Source: Methanomassiliicoccales archaeon (lineage in GTDB: Archaea; Thermoplasmatota; Thermoplasmata; Methanomassiliicoccales; UBA472). From it: a stretch of 64,000 nt of DNA. The position numbers and the translations under genes are program-made. Location of the stretch: positions 267,957-331,956 of the forward strand of contig CP058896.1 of assembly GCA_013415865.1 (NCBI GenBank). Reading direction: 5' to 3'. Of this stretch, positions 26,753 through 36,058 are shown one piece after another. Under the pieces are notes generated by a model. The model saw nothing but the letters and a program-made list of their open reading frames with translations. It did not search any database and was not told the DNA's origin. Numbering within the stretch: the first letter of the stretch is position 1; each line of letters starts with the position of its first letter.

Positions 26753-27793
26753 ATGGATGTACAAAATAATAAAACAATATGGATAGATTTAAAATGTCCT
26801 TCAGATGTTCATTTTTTTTATTCTGTTATGATTAATTTAAATAAGTTTCGGTATTTAATAACGACTCGAAAAAGAGCTGAAACACATCAATTGTCTATTA
26901 ATTATGGAATGAAAGGAATTCAAATAGGTTCTGATCATCAAAATCACTTATTGAAGGGCATGTATTATTTTGATAGGACCTTCAAACTTTCAATGATAAA
27001 AAAAGAATTTGATGCAATATTCTCATTTGAAGATGCGATTGGTCCAATATTAGGAAAATTTAAAAATAAGCCATCATATTTATTTTGCGATAATGATTTA
27101 AAATTGAATAAATCTTTTTCTAAATTTCAAAAAATAGAATCTAAGTTTAAGAATTTTGCAGATTATTTAATTATTCCTGAAATTTCTATTAAAGAATTTA
27201 TTAATAATTATTCAAATCCTAAAATAATAACATATAATGGCTATAAAGAAAATATTTATATCTCAGATTTTGAGCCGGATCCAAATTTTGATTTATTGGA
27301 TTACATTCCAAATTACGTATTAATACGTCCAGAAGCCATAGGGTCATTTTATGTTGCAGAAAAAAAGAGTATAGTTCCTCAGATTGTAAAATTATTAAAA
27401 AAAGAAAATTTTAACATAGTATATTTGCCTCGCGATCCTCAAGATTTTAGCTATGTTTCTAAAGATGAAGTTTTTATTCCTCCCAAAATTTACAAGGGTT
27501 TGGATTTGTGTTATCACAGTCAGGCAGTGTTAACTGGTTCCGGAACATTAGCTAGAGAGGCGGCAATTCTCGGTAAGACCTCAGTATCTTTTTTTCCTGG
27601 TTCAAAATTATTATCGGTAGATTCAGATTTAATAAGAAAGAAAAAAATGATTCACACTAGAGATCCTAAAGAAATCGTCAATTATATTTTAAATAGTAAA
27701 GAAGATAAAAATTACAATTATAAAACTAACTCAATAAAAGTGCGCGATGAGTTGATATCGAAATTAGGTGAAACATTAGATGAAGAGTTGTGA
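26753..27793 (+). CDS. DUF354-like GT-B-fold protein (putative glycosyltransferase/epimerase-like)
   Basis: 346 aa. The N-terminus KTIWIDLKCPSDVHFFYSVMINL matches the characteristic start of archaeal DUF354 proteins as I remember them. The C-terminal segment AVLTGSGTLAREAAILGKTSVSF is GT-B-like. Confidence 0.5.
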   Translation: MDVQNNKTIWIDLKCPSDVHFFYSVMINLNKFRYLITTRKRAETHQLSINYGMKGIQIGSDHQNHLLKGMYYFDRTFKLSMIKKEFDAIFSFEDAIGPILGKFKNKPSYLFCDNDLKLNKSFSKFQKIESKFKNFADYLIIPEISIKEFINNYSNPKIITYNGYKENIYISDFEPDPNFDLLDYIPNYVLIRPEAIGSFYVAEKKSIVPQIVKLLKKENFNIVYLPRDPQDFSYVSKDEVFIPPKIYKGLDLCYHSQAVLTGSGTLAREAAILGKTSVSFFPGSKLLSVDSDLIRKKKMIHTRDPKEIVNYILNSKEDKNYNYKTNSIKVRDELISKLGETLDEEL

Positions 27794-28880
27794 TTTAAAG
27801 TTATTATTTATAACTCCATATCCACCCGATGTGGGAGGAATATCTACTTATTCAAGTACATTAATAAGCCACTTAAATAATAAAAATTATTCTATAAGGA
27901 TATTAAGAATATATATAGTAAACAAAACCATGTTAAGTTATATTAATAAGATGAAATCGATAGTGTGTAATATCAATATATTATTAAAAGATGAGAGCAA
28001 TCTTGTTCATATTCAATCATCATCAGATTTTTCATTTATTGAAAATTCAATATATTTATTTATAATACGAATCTTAAATAATAAAAAAACAATATTTCAT
28101 CTCCATTCTCCAAATTTCACAACATTTTATCAAAGAAAAAATAAATTTATTAAAAAATATATAAAATTAATATTTAAAAAATCTGATAAAATTATTGTTT
28201 TATCAAATAAAGATCGCCAAGTGTTATTGAATATGAAAATTGAAGAACGAGATATATATTTAATAAGGAATTTCAATGGAGTTCAGAATGTATATAATGA
28301 TATAAAAACAGCAAAGATGTTAGAAATAAATGAAACTAACAATGTAATTTTATCAATAGGAAATTTAGAAGCTCGAAAAGGATTTGATATCCTAATTAAA
28401 TCCCTTTTTGAGTTACGCAAAATTCGAACAGATTTTGTATGCTATATTATTGGAAGCGGAAAAGAATATGATTCATTAAATAATTTAATAGATGAATTAA
28501 ATTTAAATGATAATGTTCGTTTGGTTGGGCGGATTAATTCAAAAACCCTAATTGATTATTATAAAAAATCTAAATTGGTTATTTTAACTAGTTATGACGA
28601 GGGATTGCCAATGGTGATGTTTGAAGCACTATCATTTGGCAAGCCTTTTATTGGAACAAATGTAGGTGGCATCCCAGAGATTATTAATTCAAATAATTAT
28701 GGTTATATTGTTGAACCTGGCAATATTAAAGAAATTACTTACTGTTTAAACAGTGCACTGAATAAAGAATGGGATGCTGATTTAATTTTGGAATATTCAA
28801 ATCAATTTTCCATTGATCGGATGTTGGAAAAAATAGAACAAATTTATTATGATTTATATATGGAAGGATTAAAACTATGA
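27780..28880 (+). CDS. Glycosyltransferase family 4 (group 1)
   Basis: 366 aa. The N-terminus KLLFITPYPPDVGGISTY and the C-terminal motif SYDEGLPMVMFEALSFGKPFIGTNVGGIPEII (E-x7-E) are both family signatures. It overlaps the upstream gene by 14 nt. Confidence 0.8.
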   Translation: MKSCDLKLLFITPYPPDVGGISTYSSTLISHLNNKNYSIRILRIYIVNKTMLSYINKMKSIVCNINILLKDESNLVHIQSSSDFSFIENSIYLFIIRILNNKKTIFHLHSPNFTTFYQRKNKFIKKYIKLIFKKSDKIIVLSNKDRQVLLNMKIEERDIYLIRNFNGVQNVYNDIKTAKMLEINETNNVILSIGNLEARKGFDILIKSLFELRKIRTDFVCYIIGSGKEYDSLNNLIDELNLNDNVRLVGRINSKTLIDYYKKSKLVILTSYDEGLPMVMFEALSFGKPFIGTNVGGIPEIINSNNYGYIVEPGNIKEITYCLNSALNKEWDADLILEYSNQFSIDRMLEKIEQIYYDLYMEGLKL

Positions 28881-30019
28881 TTTTAAATGAGAAAAAAGAG
28901 AAACAACAGAAAAAAATTCACATACTGTTTTTTGGTATGCCGCCTGGCAATAATTTAATTGACGGTTATTCTAAATGGTTTTCACCAATTATAAAAAATT
29001 TGAAAAAAAATGATAGATTAAATGTTTATTATATTAATTACAACAAGATATTGAACGAAAAATTTGAAATATTACGTTTTATATTAATTCCATATTTAAT
29101 ATATAAGTTACACAAATATAAAGATGAAATAGACATTGTTCACGTTTTACGACAAAATGCATGGTATTACAATATTTTTTATGCTCTAAAAATAAAAAAG
29201 AATATAACCCCATTGAAAATAATTACTGTTCATGATATTTATACAGCGAAAGGAAAGGTAAATTTTAAAATTATTAAAAACATTGCTCACGCAGATGCAA
29301 TATTTTGTCCATCCAACTATACAGCAAATGATATTCGTACAATTTTGAAAATTAACAAACCCGTATATGTTACTTATAATCCTTTAGATCCATCATTTTA
29401 TTGTATGGGTACTGATGATAAATTAAAAATGAGAAAAAATATTTTAAAAGAAAGATCGTCTCGCAAAGTCTTGTTATCTATAGCATCAGAAATGCCCAGG
29501 AAAAATTTTGAAAAATTGTTAGAAGTATTATTTCTATTTAATACTTCAATGAAGGAAAAGATACTATTGATTAAGGTAGGCCAGTTTACAAAATTAAGAT
29601 ATAAATATATTAATATTGCAAAAAAATTTGGAATAGAGAATGACATTTTATGGATAAATTATGCAAACGAAAAAGATTTGTTATATCTATATAATATTTC
29701 AGATATTTTTATTACATTAAGTGATGTCGAAGGTTTTTGTATGCCTTTGATTGAAGCCATGGCTTGTGGATTACCTATAATTGGGTCGAAATCTTCTGCC
29801 ATCCCAGAAATTGTAGGAAATGCAGGAATATTGGTAAATAATAATGATAATAAAGAAATTATTGAGGCGATAAACACATTGTTGTATAATATTGATAAAA
29901 GAAATGAGGTTATTGAAAATGGATTTAATAGAATAAGAGCATTCCACGAACAAGAAATAAGTAGAATATATTTTGAATCGTATTTAACAGCCTTGGAAAA
30001 GGGATTGAATGTTAAGTAA
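28877..30019 (+). CDS. Glycosyltransferase family 4 (group 1)
   Basis: 380 aa with the motif SDVEGFCMPLIEAMACGLPIIGSKSSAIPEIVGNAGILV. It has an ATGA start/stop overlap with the upstream gene. Confidence 0.75.
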   Translation: MILNEKKEKQQKKIHILFFGMPPGNNLIDGYSKWFSPIIKNLKKNDRLNVYYINYNKILNEKFEILRFILIPYLIYKLHKYKDEIDIVHVLRQNAWYYNIFYALKIKKNITPLKIITVHDIYTAKGKVNFKIIKNIAHADAIFCPSNYTANDIRTILKINKPVYVTYNPLDPSFYCMGTDDKLKMRKNILKERSSRKVLLSIASEMPRKNFEKLLEVLFLFNTSMKEKILLIKVGQFTKLRYKYINIAKKFGIENDILWINYANEKDLLYLYNISDIFITLSDVEGFCMPLIEAMACGLPIIGSKSSAIPEIVGNAGILVNNNDNKEIIEAINTLLYNIDKRNEVIENGFNRIRAFHEQEISRIYFESYLTALEKGLNVK

Positions 30020-31565
30020 ATTAAATAAAAAATTATCTATTATATCATTTTACACAATAATATCATCGATTTTATTGATTTCCATATATGATAAAGGTGT
30101 GACAGATCCATTTCTTCATGGACACATTTCAACCATCATTAAATTAATTAATAACCCAAATATTAAAATATTGAATTCCGATATGCAATTTTGGCCTCTG
30201 GCAGCTGTACAAATTATAATTTTTAATTTATTGTTTAACATATCTCCGATTACTATTCAATTTTTACCGTTAATTGGTTTATTATTTGTAATTACTTTTC
30301 CTTTATTATTGACTAGGTTTTTCCCTCTAGCAATTGGTATATTATTATCATTGATTGTACTATCATCATGGATATTACCCTACAATTATAGTGTATGGCC
30401 ACATGCATTTGGTTATTATTTATTTTTTATATTAATATATATAATTTATACATTTTACACTATAAAAAATTCTAGATATATAATTCTTATAATTATTTTA
30501 TTTATTGCTATTAATTTTTATTCTTATTCGACCTCTGTTTGGTCATTATCATTTTTAACTTTTATAATTTTATTTAATTACCTATACAATACATTTAAAT
30601 ATAAATCGAATTATAAATTTCAACCTTTTGCATTATTAATTGCTATGTTCGTCATATATTTTGGATTTAATAAAATCGTATATGAATCGTATTTTTCTAA
30701 TTTATATGATTCAGTTGGAGAGAGTAGCATATGGGAAAGATTAAATATATTTAATAATTTATTAATTTCTGACAATATTAAAACTATTTATTACACTAAC
30801 ACAAATTCTGAATTTATTTCGTATTTGGGATTAATTCGATTTCTTATCATTTTTATTCCAATAGTATATTTTTTAATCTATATCCTAAGAAATAAAGATG
30901 AATTAATTTCGAAACAATATTATGTATTTATCCCGTCCATGTTATTTATTTCTATAATTGATATCCTATCATATACGTCGGTATCCAGTAATGCGACTTC
31001 GTCGATTTTGTTCCGATATTATTCATTAATGGCCCCAATTGCAGTATTTTTTTCAATATCTGCATTGATGAAAAAAAGTCAAAGACGAGTCATAATTTTA
31101 ACAATCTATGCATCCCTAATTTTATTATTGTCAATTATAATATTATTTTCTAATCTTTACTCTACAAATATTGTCACTTCAAATGCGCATTTTAACAATG
31201 AAATTAATGGAATAGAGTGGACGATAGAGCATCGAGCTATTGGATCAATGATAATATCTGATCACCATACAGTAGGCCGAACGCTCATAGTTTCGAATGT
31301 TATCCATAGCGATTTGAAATTGTATCAAGACGTTTCATATTACAATGATTATTTATTTGAAAATTTTATTTCTAATAAGAAATCAATAATTGAAAATAAA
31401 TCGACACTAATCATAGTCAATAATGAAATAGAAATATTTCCAACGTCTGGCAATGATTGGATCAATTATCAGCCGCTCTTAAATTATAAACAAAATTATA
31501 CGATGAGTGAATATAATAATAAAGTATTTGATGATAGTAACATCAGGGTGTTTTTTAATAATTGA
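30009..31565 (+). CDS. Polytopic membrane protein, putative glycan polymerase or GT-C-type glycosyltransferase
   Basis: 518 aa with about 12 hydrophobic helices followed by a ~130-aa soluble C-terminal domain. Its position inside the glycosyltransferase operon suggests this role. I recognise no diagnostic catalytic motif. Confidence 0.5.
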   Translation: MLSKLNKKLSIISFYTIISSILLISIYDKGVTDPFLHGHISTIIKLINNPNIKILNSDMQFWPLAAVQIIIFNLLFNISPITIQFLPLIGLLFVITFPLLLTRFFPLAIGILLSLIVLSSWILPYNYSVWPHAFGYYLFFILIYIIYTFYTIKNSRYIILIIILFIAINFYSYSTSVWSLSFLTFIILFNYLYNTFKYKSNYKFQPFALLIAMFVIYFGFNKIVYESYFSNLYDSVGESSIWERLNIFNNLLISDNIKTIYYTNTNSEFISYLGLIRFLIIFIPIVYFLIYILRNKDELISKQYYVFIPSMLFISIIDILSYTSVSSNATSSILFRYYSLMAPIAVFFSISALMKKSQRRVIILTIYASLILLLSIIILFSNLYSTNIVTSNAHFNNEINGIEWTIEHRAIGSMIISDHHTVGRTLIVSNVIHSDLKLYQDVSYYNDYLFENFISNKKSIIENKSTLIIVNNEIEIFPTSGNDWINYQPLLNYKQNYTMSEYNNKVFDDSNIRVFFNN

Positions 31566-31577
31566 AGGGAGTTTAAA

Positions 31578-32618
31578 ATGAAAAAAATATTATTAATTGG
31601 TAACGCTAATTCTAATAGTAGTAGCAGAATATTTCAAAATTTAATCATAGACCTCATCCAACAAAATCGAAACATCACTGTCATCAGTGGTAATAAACCG
31701 CATAAAAATAACGTTGAATGGATTTCAGTATCAGAATTATCAGACATTTTTATAATAAATTTTATATTTATCCAATTAAAAATTATGAAATATATCTTAA
31801 AGAGTTATCATAATTACAACGACATTGTAATATTGATAGAACATTTTGTATTTATTAATATTTTATGTAGAATATTAAATATTAAAAATATTATTTTTGT
31901 GGATGGGAAATCAGTAAATACATTTTCATCAACATTTTCAAAGATTAGTTTTCATTATGCCAGTAAATTGATTGTTCCAGCAACGAGTTTAATTAAAGAC
32001 TGGAAAATTGAAAAATTCAAACCAAAAATTTTTCTATCGAAATATTATATTGATATAAATAAATTTTATATAAAGAAAGATTATAAAAATCGAAATAAAA
32101 ATATAGGTTTTATTGGTCGTTTTACTGAAGAAAAAAGGTTATCGTTATTTTTAGAATTTTGTTCATTAGTTATTAATATAGATCCAAAAATAAAGATTTA
32201 CATTGCTGGAGATGGACGATTAAAAAAAGATTTGATATACAACATTCAAAAATACAATATGGAGAATAAAGTAAGATTATGTGGTTGGATCGAAGATAAT
32301 AAACTAGCAGATTTTTATAACGAGCTTAGATTATTAATTATCACTTCAAAGGTAGAAGGAGGGCCACTAGTTGCATTAGAATCGATGTCTTGTGGAACAC
32401 CGATTTTATCTACTAAGGTTGGAATCATTGAAGATGTAATTGTGGATGGCATAAATGGATATATTTTTAATGAAGAAAATATAATGAATCAGGCGATTAA
32501 AGTTGTTAAGTTATTAAATTCCGAAGAATTAAATACTGTTTCTGTGAACGCAAGAAATACAATTGTAAATAATTATAGTTATGAATCTGGTATTCAAGAT
32601 ATGAATAAAATTCTATAA
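31578..32618 (+). CDS. Glycosyltransferase family 4 (group 1)
   Basis: 346 aa with the motif SKVEGGPLVALESMSCGTPILSTKVGIIEDVIVDGINGYIF. Confidence 0.8.
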   Translation: MKKILLIGNANSNSSSRIFQNLIIDLIQQNRNITVISGNKPHKNNVEWISVSELSDIFIINFIFIQLKIMKYILKSYHNYNDIVILIEHFVFINILCRILNIKNIIFVDGKSVNTFSSTFSKISFHYASKLIVPATSLIKDWKIEKFKPKIFLSKYYIDINKFYIKKDYKNRNKNIGFIGRFTEEKRLSLFLEFCSLVINIDPKIKIYIAGDGRLKKDLIYNIQKYNMENKVRLCGWIEDNKLADFYNELRLLIITSKVEGGPLVALESMSCGTPILSTKVGIIEDVIVDGINGYIFNEENIMNQAIKVVKLLNSEELNTVSVNARNTIVNNYSYESGIQDMNKIL

Positions 32619-33431
32619 CTGAAATTGAATGATATCATGACCCGAAATTCTTTCATTAATCGAAGGAATTTTCATGTAATCACCATACAACTGGGTTAGT
32701 ATCTCATTATAATGTTCTGGTATGGGGAATAATAAATTTTCAAATTTAATATAAATGGACTTATGAAACCATTCAATGGGATATGAAATGTGATCAATAT
32801 CATCAAATGGCCATGCACTGAAAATTACCAGATCCTCCTTCTTTTTTCTTGATAGTATAGAAGAATACCCTTTTTGGAATAATATTTTTGGGAGAGGGAC
32901 AAGACAACTTATAAAATTTGCAAACCCCTCATATTTAGAAGAATTTTTTACCCATATATATTTAATTAAACCAATATATCCAAAAATTGAAACTAATTTC
33001 CAATAAATATATCGTTCATATTTGTTAATCGGTGCATAATCTAAAGGAAAAATATCAATAAATATTCCTTTTGGAATGTCAAGTTTAGAGGTTGATCGTT
33101 CTACAAATTTTGTATTTAAATTCATCATTTTTGAATAATAAAATGGAAAATTTTTATGAGATTTAGAGGAGATTATTGAAATGTTAGGTGGCAACTCTGA
33201 CGCTGGTAATTTAAGTAATTTTTCATAATCATCCCTCATCATCACAAGATCCAAATCATCATCCCAAGGAATGAACCCATTATGCCTCACGGCTCCCAAC
33301 AACGTTCCACAAAATAAAAAATATTTTAACCCATGTTTCTTACAAATTTTATCAAATTCAATCAAAATTTCTAGTTCCTTTTGATGAATTTTATTAAGCA
33401 AATCTTCATTGATGACAAAAATTGTATCCAC
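32613..33431 (-). CDS. LicD-family phosphotransferase (phosphocholine / ribitol-phosphate transferase family)
   Basis: 272 aa with a GTG start. It carries the canonical LicD motif FCGTLLGAVRHNGFIPWDDDLDLVMMRDDYEKL. It is convergent with the last GT4 gene, overlapping it by 6 nt. Confidence 0.8.
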   Translation of the reverse strand: MDTIFVINEDLLNKIHQKELEILIEFDKICKKHGLKYFLFCGTLLGAVRHNGFIPWDDDLDLVMMRDDYEKLLKLPASELPPNISIISSKSHKNFPFYYSKMMNLNTKFVERSTSKLDIPKGIFIDIFPLDYAPINKYERYIYWKLVSIFGYIGLIKYIWVKNSSKYEGFANFISCLVPLPKILFQKGYSSILSRKKKEDLVIFSAWPFDDIDHISYPIEWFHKSIYIKFENLLFPIPEHYNEILTQLYGDYMKIPSINERISGHDIIQFQL

Positions 33432-33853
33432 CTCATATGATTATTATTAACTCCTTCTCATTAATGTTATCGAATTGATATTGATTGTAATATTTATAAC
33501 GCAAGCTTTAAATTTAATTCTTAGGCGATTAAGATGTGAATAATATACATATTTAAGGATATAATAAAACCTTTCGGTCTTCTGAATCAATATTAAAGTG
33601 TTTCGCTTTGTTATTGGTTCGCTTGGGATTAAATATAAAGGTTTTTATCTAATCATATGAAATTATTTCCATATCTATTTGAAGGAGTCAATGGAGCTGA
33701 CTATTCTCCCGTATCGCAGCTGATATGTCTTAAACCCCGAAATGCATCCCAAATAACAAATATTCACATTTCGATTAAATATCTATCTAGATTGAAAATG
33801 TGCAAAAATAGTATAAATTATAAATTATATTTATTTCTTTTTCTTTTCGTCCT

Positions 33854-33880
33854 TCTTTCCGCCCTTTCCGCACTTTCCGC
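33854..33880. repeat. 3 x 9-nt tandem repeat (N-CTTTCCGC) at right edge of the AT-rich island
   Basis: TCTTTCCGC CCTTTCCGC ACTTTCCGC occupies 33854-33880, preceded by the degenerate copy TTCTTTTCGTCC. It forms a GC-rich patch in AT-rich non-coding DNA. Confidence 0.5.
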
Positions 33881-34267
33881 ATGACATTGAATTCTCGCCT
33901 CCTCTTGGGACTTTACCCAATGTGGATAATGCATTTGTTGGCCAAGTATTTCAATCTATTCTTTTTAATCGAAAATTAAGAATAATATTATTTTTCAAAA
34001 ATTAACACTCATTGGCCTTGAGATCAATCAATCTCGAACATGATGACAGGGCCAATTGCCTGACATACAACAACAAAGGCCGACGGTCAACAACATTTAT
34101 TTAATTAGAACGTTATTTAATTGCTCGGGATGCACGGGACCCGTTCAGGCATGGACGGGCCTATCAGGCTGTTAGAATGCCATCGTCCCTCGTCCGATGG
34201 CACGATGCATACGAACAGCCCTACATGATGACGACATGCTCGCGTTCCCTCGTCCGGGAGCTGAGAG

Positions 34268-36055
34268 ATGGAGATAGACACCAGCAAGCTGTTGCTCGAG
34301 TTCGGAGCGATCATGCTCATCGCCTTCATAGGCGCAGCCCTGGCCTTCAGGGCGAAGCAGTCGGCGGTCCTAGGCTACATCGTCGTCGGCATGCTCATAG
34401 GGCCTTCGATCTACCTGGAGATCGGCCCTTTCACCTACACGGGCCTCGTCAGCGAGGTCGGCTTCATCGAGGCGCTGTCGCAGATAGGCATCATCCTCCT
34501 CATCTTCTTCGTAGGTTTAGAGTTCAGCATCGACAAGATAAAGCGCGTCAAGGGGCCGGCGGTCATCCTTTCCTTCATAGATGTCGGCATCAACCTCTTC
34601 GTGGGCTTCCTTCTTGCCTTCGGCCTCGGATGGCCCCTCATCGATTCGATATTCCTCGCCGCCGTCATGGCGATGTCCTGCTCCGCCGTCGCGATGAAGA
34701 CGCTCATCGAGCTCGACAGGATGTCGAGGCCTGAGACCGAGTACATCATGGGCATGGTCATCCTCGAGGAGTTCATCTCGATGGTCTTCCTCACCGTGGT
34801 CGGCGGCCTCGTCATCAAGATAGACCCCGACTTCACCGTGGGCATGATGCTCCTGGGCATGGCCGGGTTCTTCATCTTCTTCGCTATCCTTGCCCTTGTT
34901 ATCATCCCGCGCTCCATCAGCTACATCTCAAGGATGAAGAGCGACGAGCTCTTCGTGCTCTTCATGCTCGCCATCGTCCTCCTCTCCGCGTGGTTCGCCG
35001 AGTTCTGCGGCGTCCCGAAGCTGATAGGCGCCTTCTTCATCGGGATGGTCTTCGCGGAGACGAAGATCATCGACCGCATGGAGAAGAAGATCTCCCCGAT
35101 AAGGGACGCCTTCGTCGCGATATTCTTCGTCTCCTTCGGCATGCTCATCGACCCGGGCATGTTCATACCCGTGCTGCCGGTCATCGCCCTGGCGATCGTC
35201 CTCATCCTCACGGCGGAGATGATCATCATGCCTATGGTCTCGTACCTGATCGGTTTCAACAGGCGCGCCTCGGTGCAGATAGGCGCCTCCTTCAGCGCCA
35301 GGGGCGGCGAGTCGGTCATGTACGCATCGATCGGCTCTCAATCAGCAGGGGCGGTCAAGGGCGCCGAGCTGAACCCCATAGCAGGAGGCATCACCTTCGT
35401 CATGTCCGCGCTGTGCCCCTATTTCATAAGGAAGAGCTATGACATCGCGGACTACTTCGCCCTGAAGGTCCCCGCCTCGATAAAGTATGGTGCGGCTGTC
35501 TTCTCGAGGACGCTCGGCAAGCTCGTGTTCCCGGCGACCTTCCGTCCGTTCAAGATTACAAGGACGTTCATCTTCACCCTAATGGTCATCGTGGCATCGC
35601 TCATCGCCACGGCATCGACCTCAGGTGCGCTTCACCTCGCCTTCTTCGCATTGTCGATCGCGATGTGCGTCTACGTCTGGTACATCATGGTCAAGAATAT
35701 GCGGGGCATAGTGAGGCAGATAGACTATTCCAATCTAGGAGCCGTCCTAGGAAGCGACGAGAAGCTCACGAAGTACATCGCGACCTCGATATCGCTAGGC
35801 CTGGTCATGTGCTCCACAGTCTGCTTCATGTTCCCCATCCTCTGGCAGTCGGTCATCATCATCTCCCTCGCCTACGTGGCGTGGTTCGCCTATCTCATGA
35901 AGCTCGTCTACGACCGCACCTGCTCCAGCTCGAGGTACATCAAGATAGCCAAGGACCAGTTCACCGGCAGGTTCAGCTCCTTCGACAGCACGGAGAAGAA
36001 GAACGGCATGATGTCCTTGGACCTTGAGATAGAGTACAGGCAGAGGGAGAAGTGA
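34268..36055 (+). CDS. Cation:proton antiporter, CPA2 (Kef/NapA-like) with extra C-terminal membrane domain
   Basis: 595 aa. The N-terminus LLLEFGAIMLIAFIGAALAFRAKQSAVLGYIVVGMLIGPS is the typical Na_H_exchanger start. About 12 TM helices are followed by 4-5 more helices. Confidence 0.8.
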   Translation: MEIDTSKLLLEFGAIMLIAFIGAALAFRAKQSAVLGYIVVGMLIGPSIYLEIGPFTYTGLVSEVGFIEALSQIGIILLIFFVGLEFSIDKIKRVKGPAVILSFIDVGINLFVGFLLAFGLGWPLIDSIFLAAVMAMSCSAVAMKTLIELDRMSRPETEYIMGMVILEEFISMVFLTVVGGLVIKIDPDFTVGMMLLGMAGFFIFFAILALVIIPRSISYISRMKSDELFVLFMLAIVLLSAWFAEFCGVPKLIGAFFIGMVFAETKIIDRMEKKISPIRDAFVAIFFVSFGMLIDPGMFIPVLPVIALAIVLILTAEMIIMPMVSYLIGFNRRASVQIGASFSARGGESVMYASIGSQSAGAVKGAELNPIAGGITFVMSALCPYFIRKSYDIADYFALKVPASIKYGAAVFSRTLGKLVFPATFRPFKITRTFIFTLMVIVASLIATASTSGALHLAFFALSIAMCVYVWYIMVKNMRGIVRQIDYSNLGAVLGSDEKLTKYIATSISLGLVMCSTVCFMFPILWQSVIIISLAYVAWFAYLMKLVYDRTCSSSRYIKIAKDQFTGRFSSFDSTEKKNGMMSLDLEIEYRQREK

Positions 36056-36058
36056 ACG

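Larger units (their letters stand above)
23040..34000. other. Very AT-rich (~11 kb) glycan-biosynthesis island, probably horizontally acquired
   Basis: There is an abrupt change in composition: a hand count of one 60-nt line at 28081 gives 22 % G+C, against ~60 % in the flanking genes. Seven tightly packed sugar-modification genes have overlapping or abutting stops and starts. No integrase or transposase is seen. The borders are approximate. Confidence 0.7.

Noticed and set aside
33657-33884. A 75-aa plus-strand ORF and a 31-aa basic minus-strand ORF (MRKVRKGRKEGRKEKE...) lie at the island edge.
   Set aside because: The plus ORF ends in the 9-nt repeat, which translates as LSALSALSA, and has no start context. 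The minus mini-ORF is generated by the same repeat. Both are most likely artefacts of repeat sequence.
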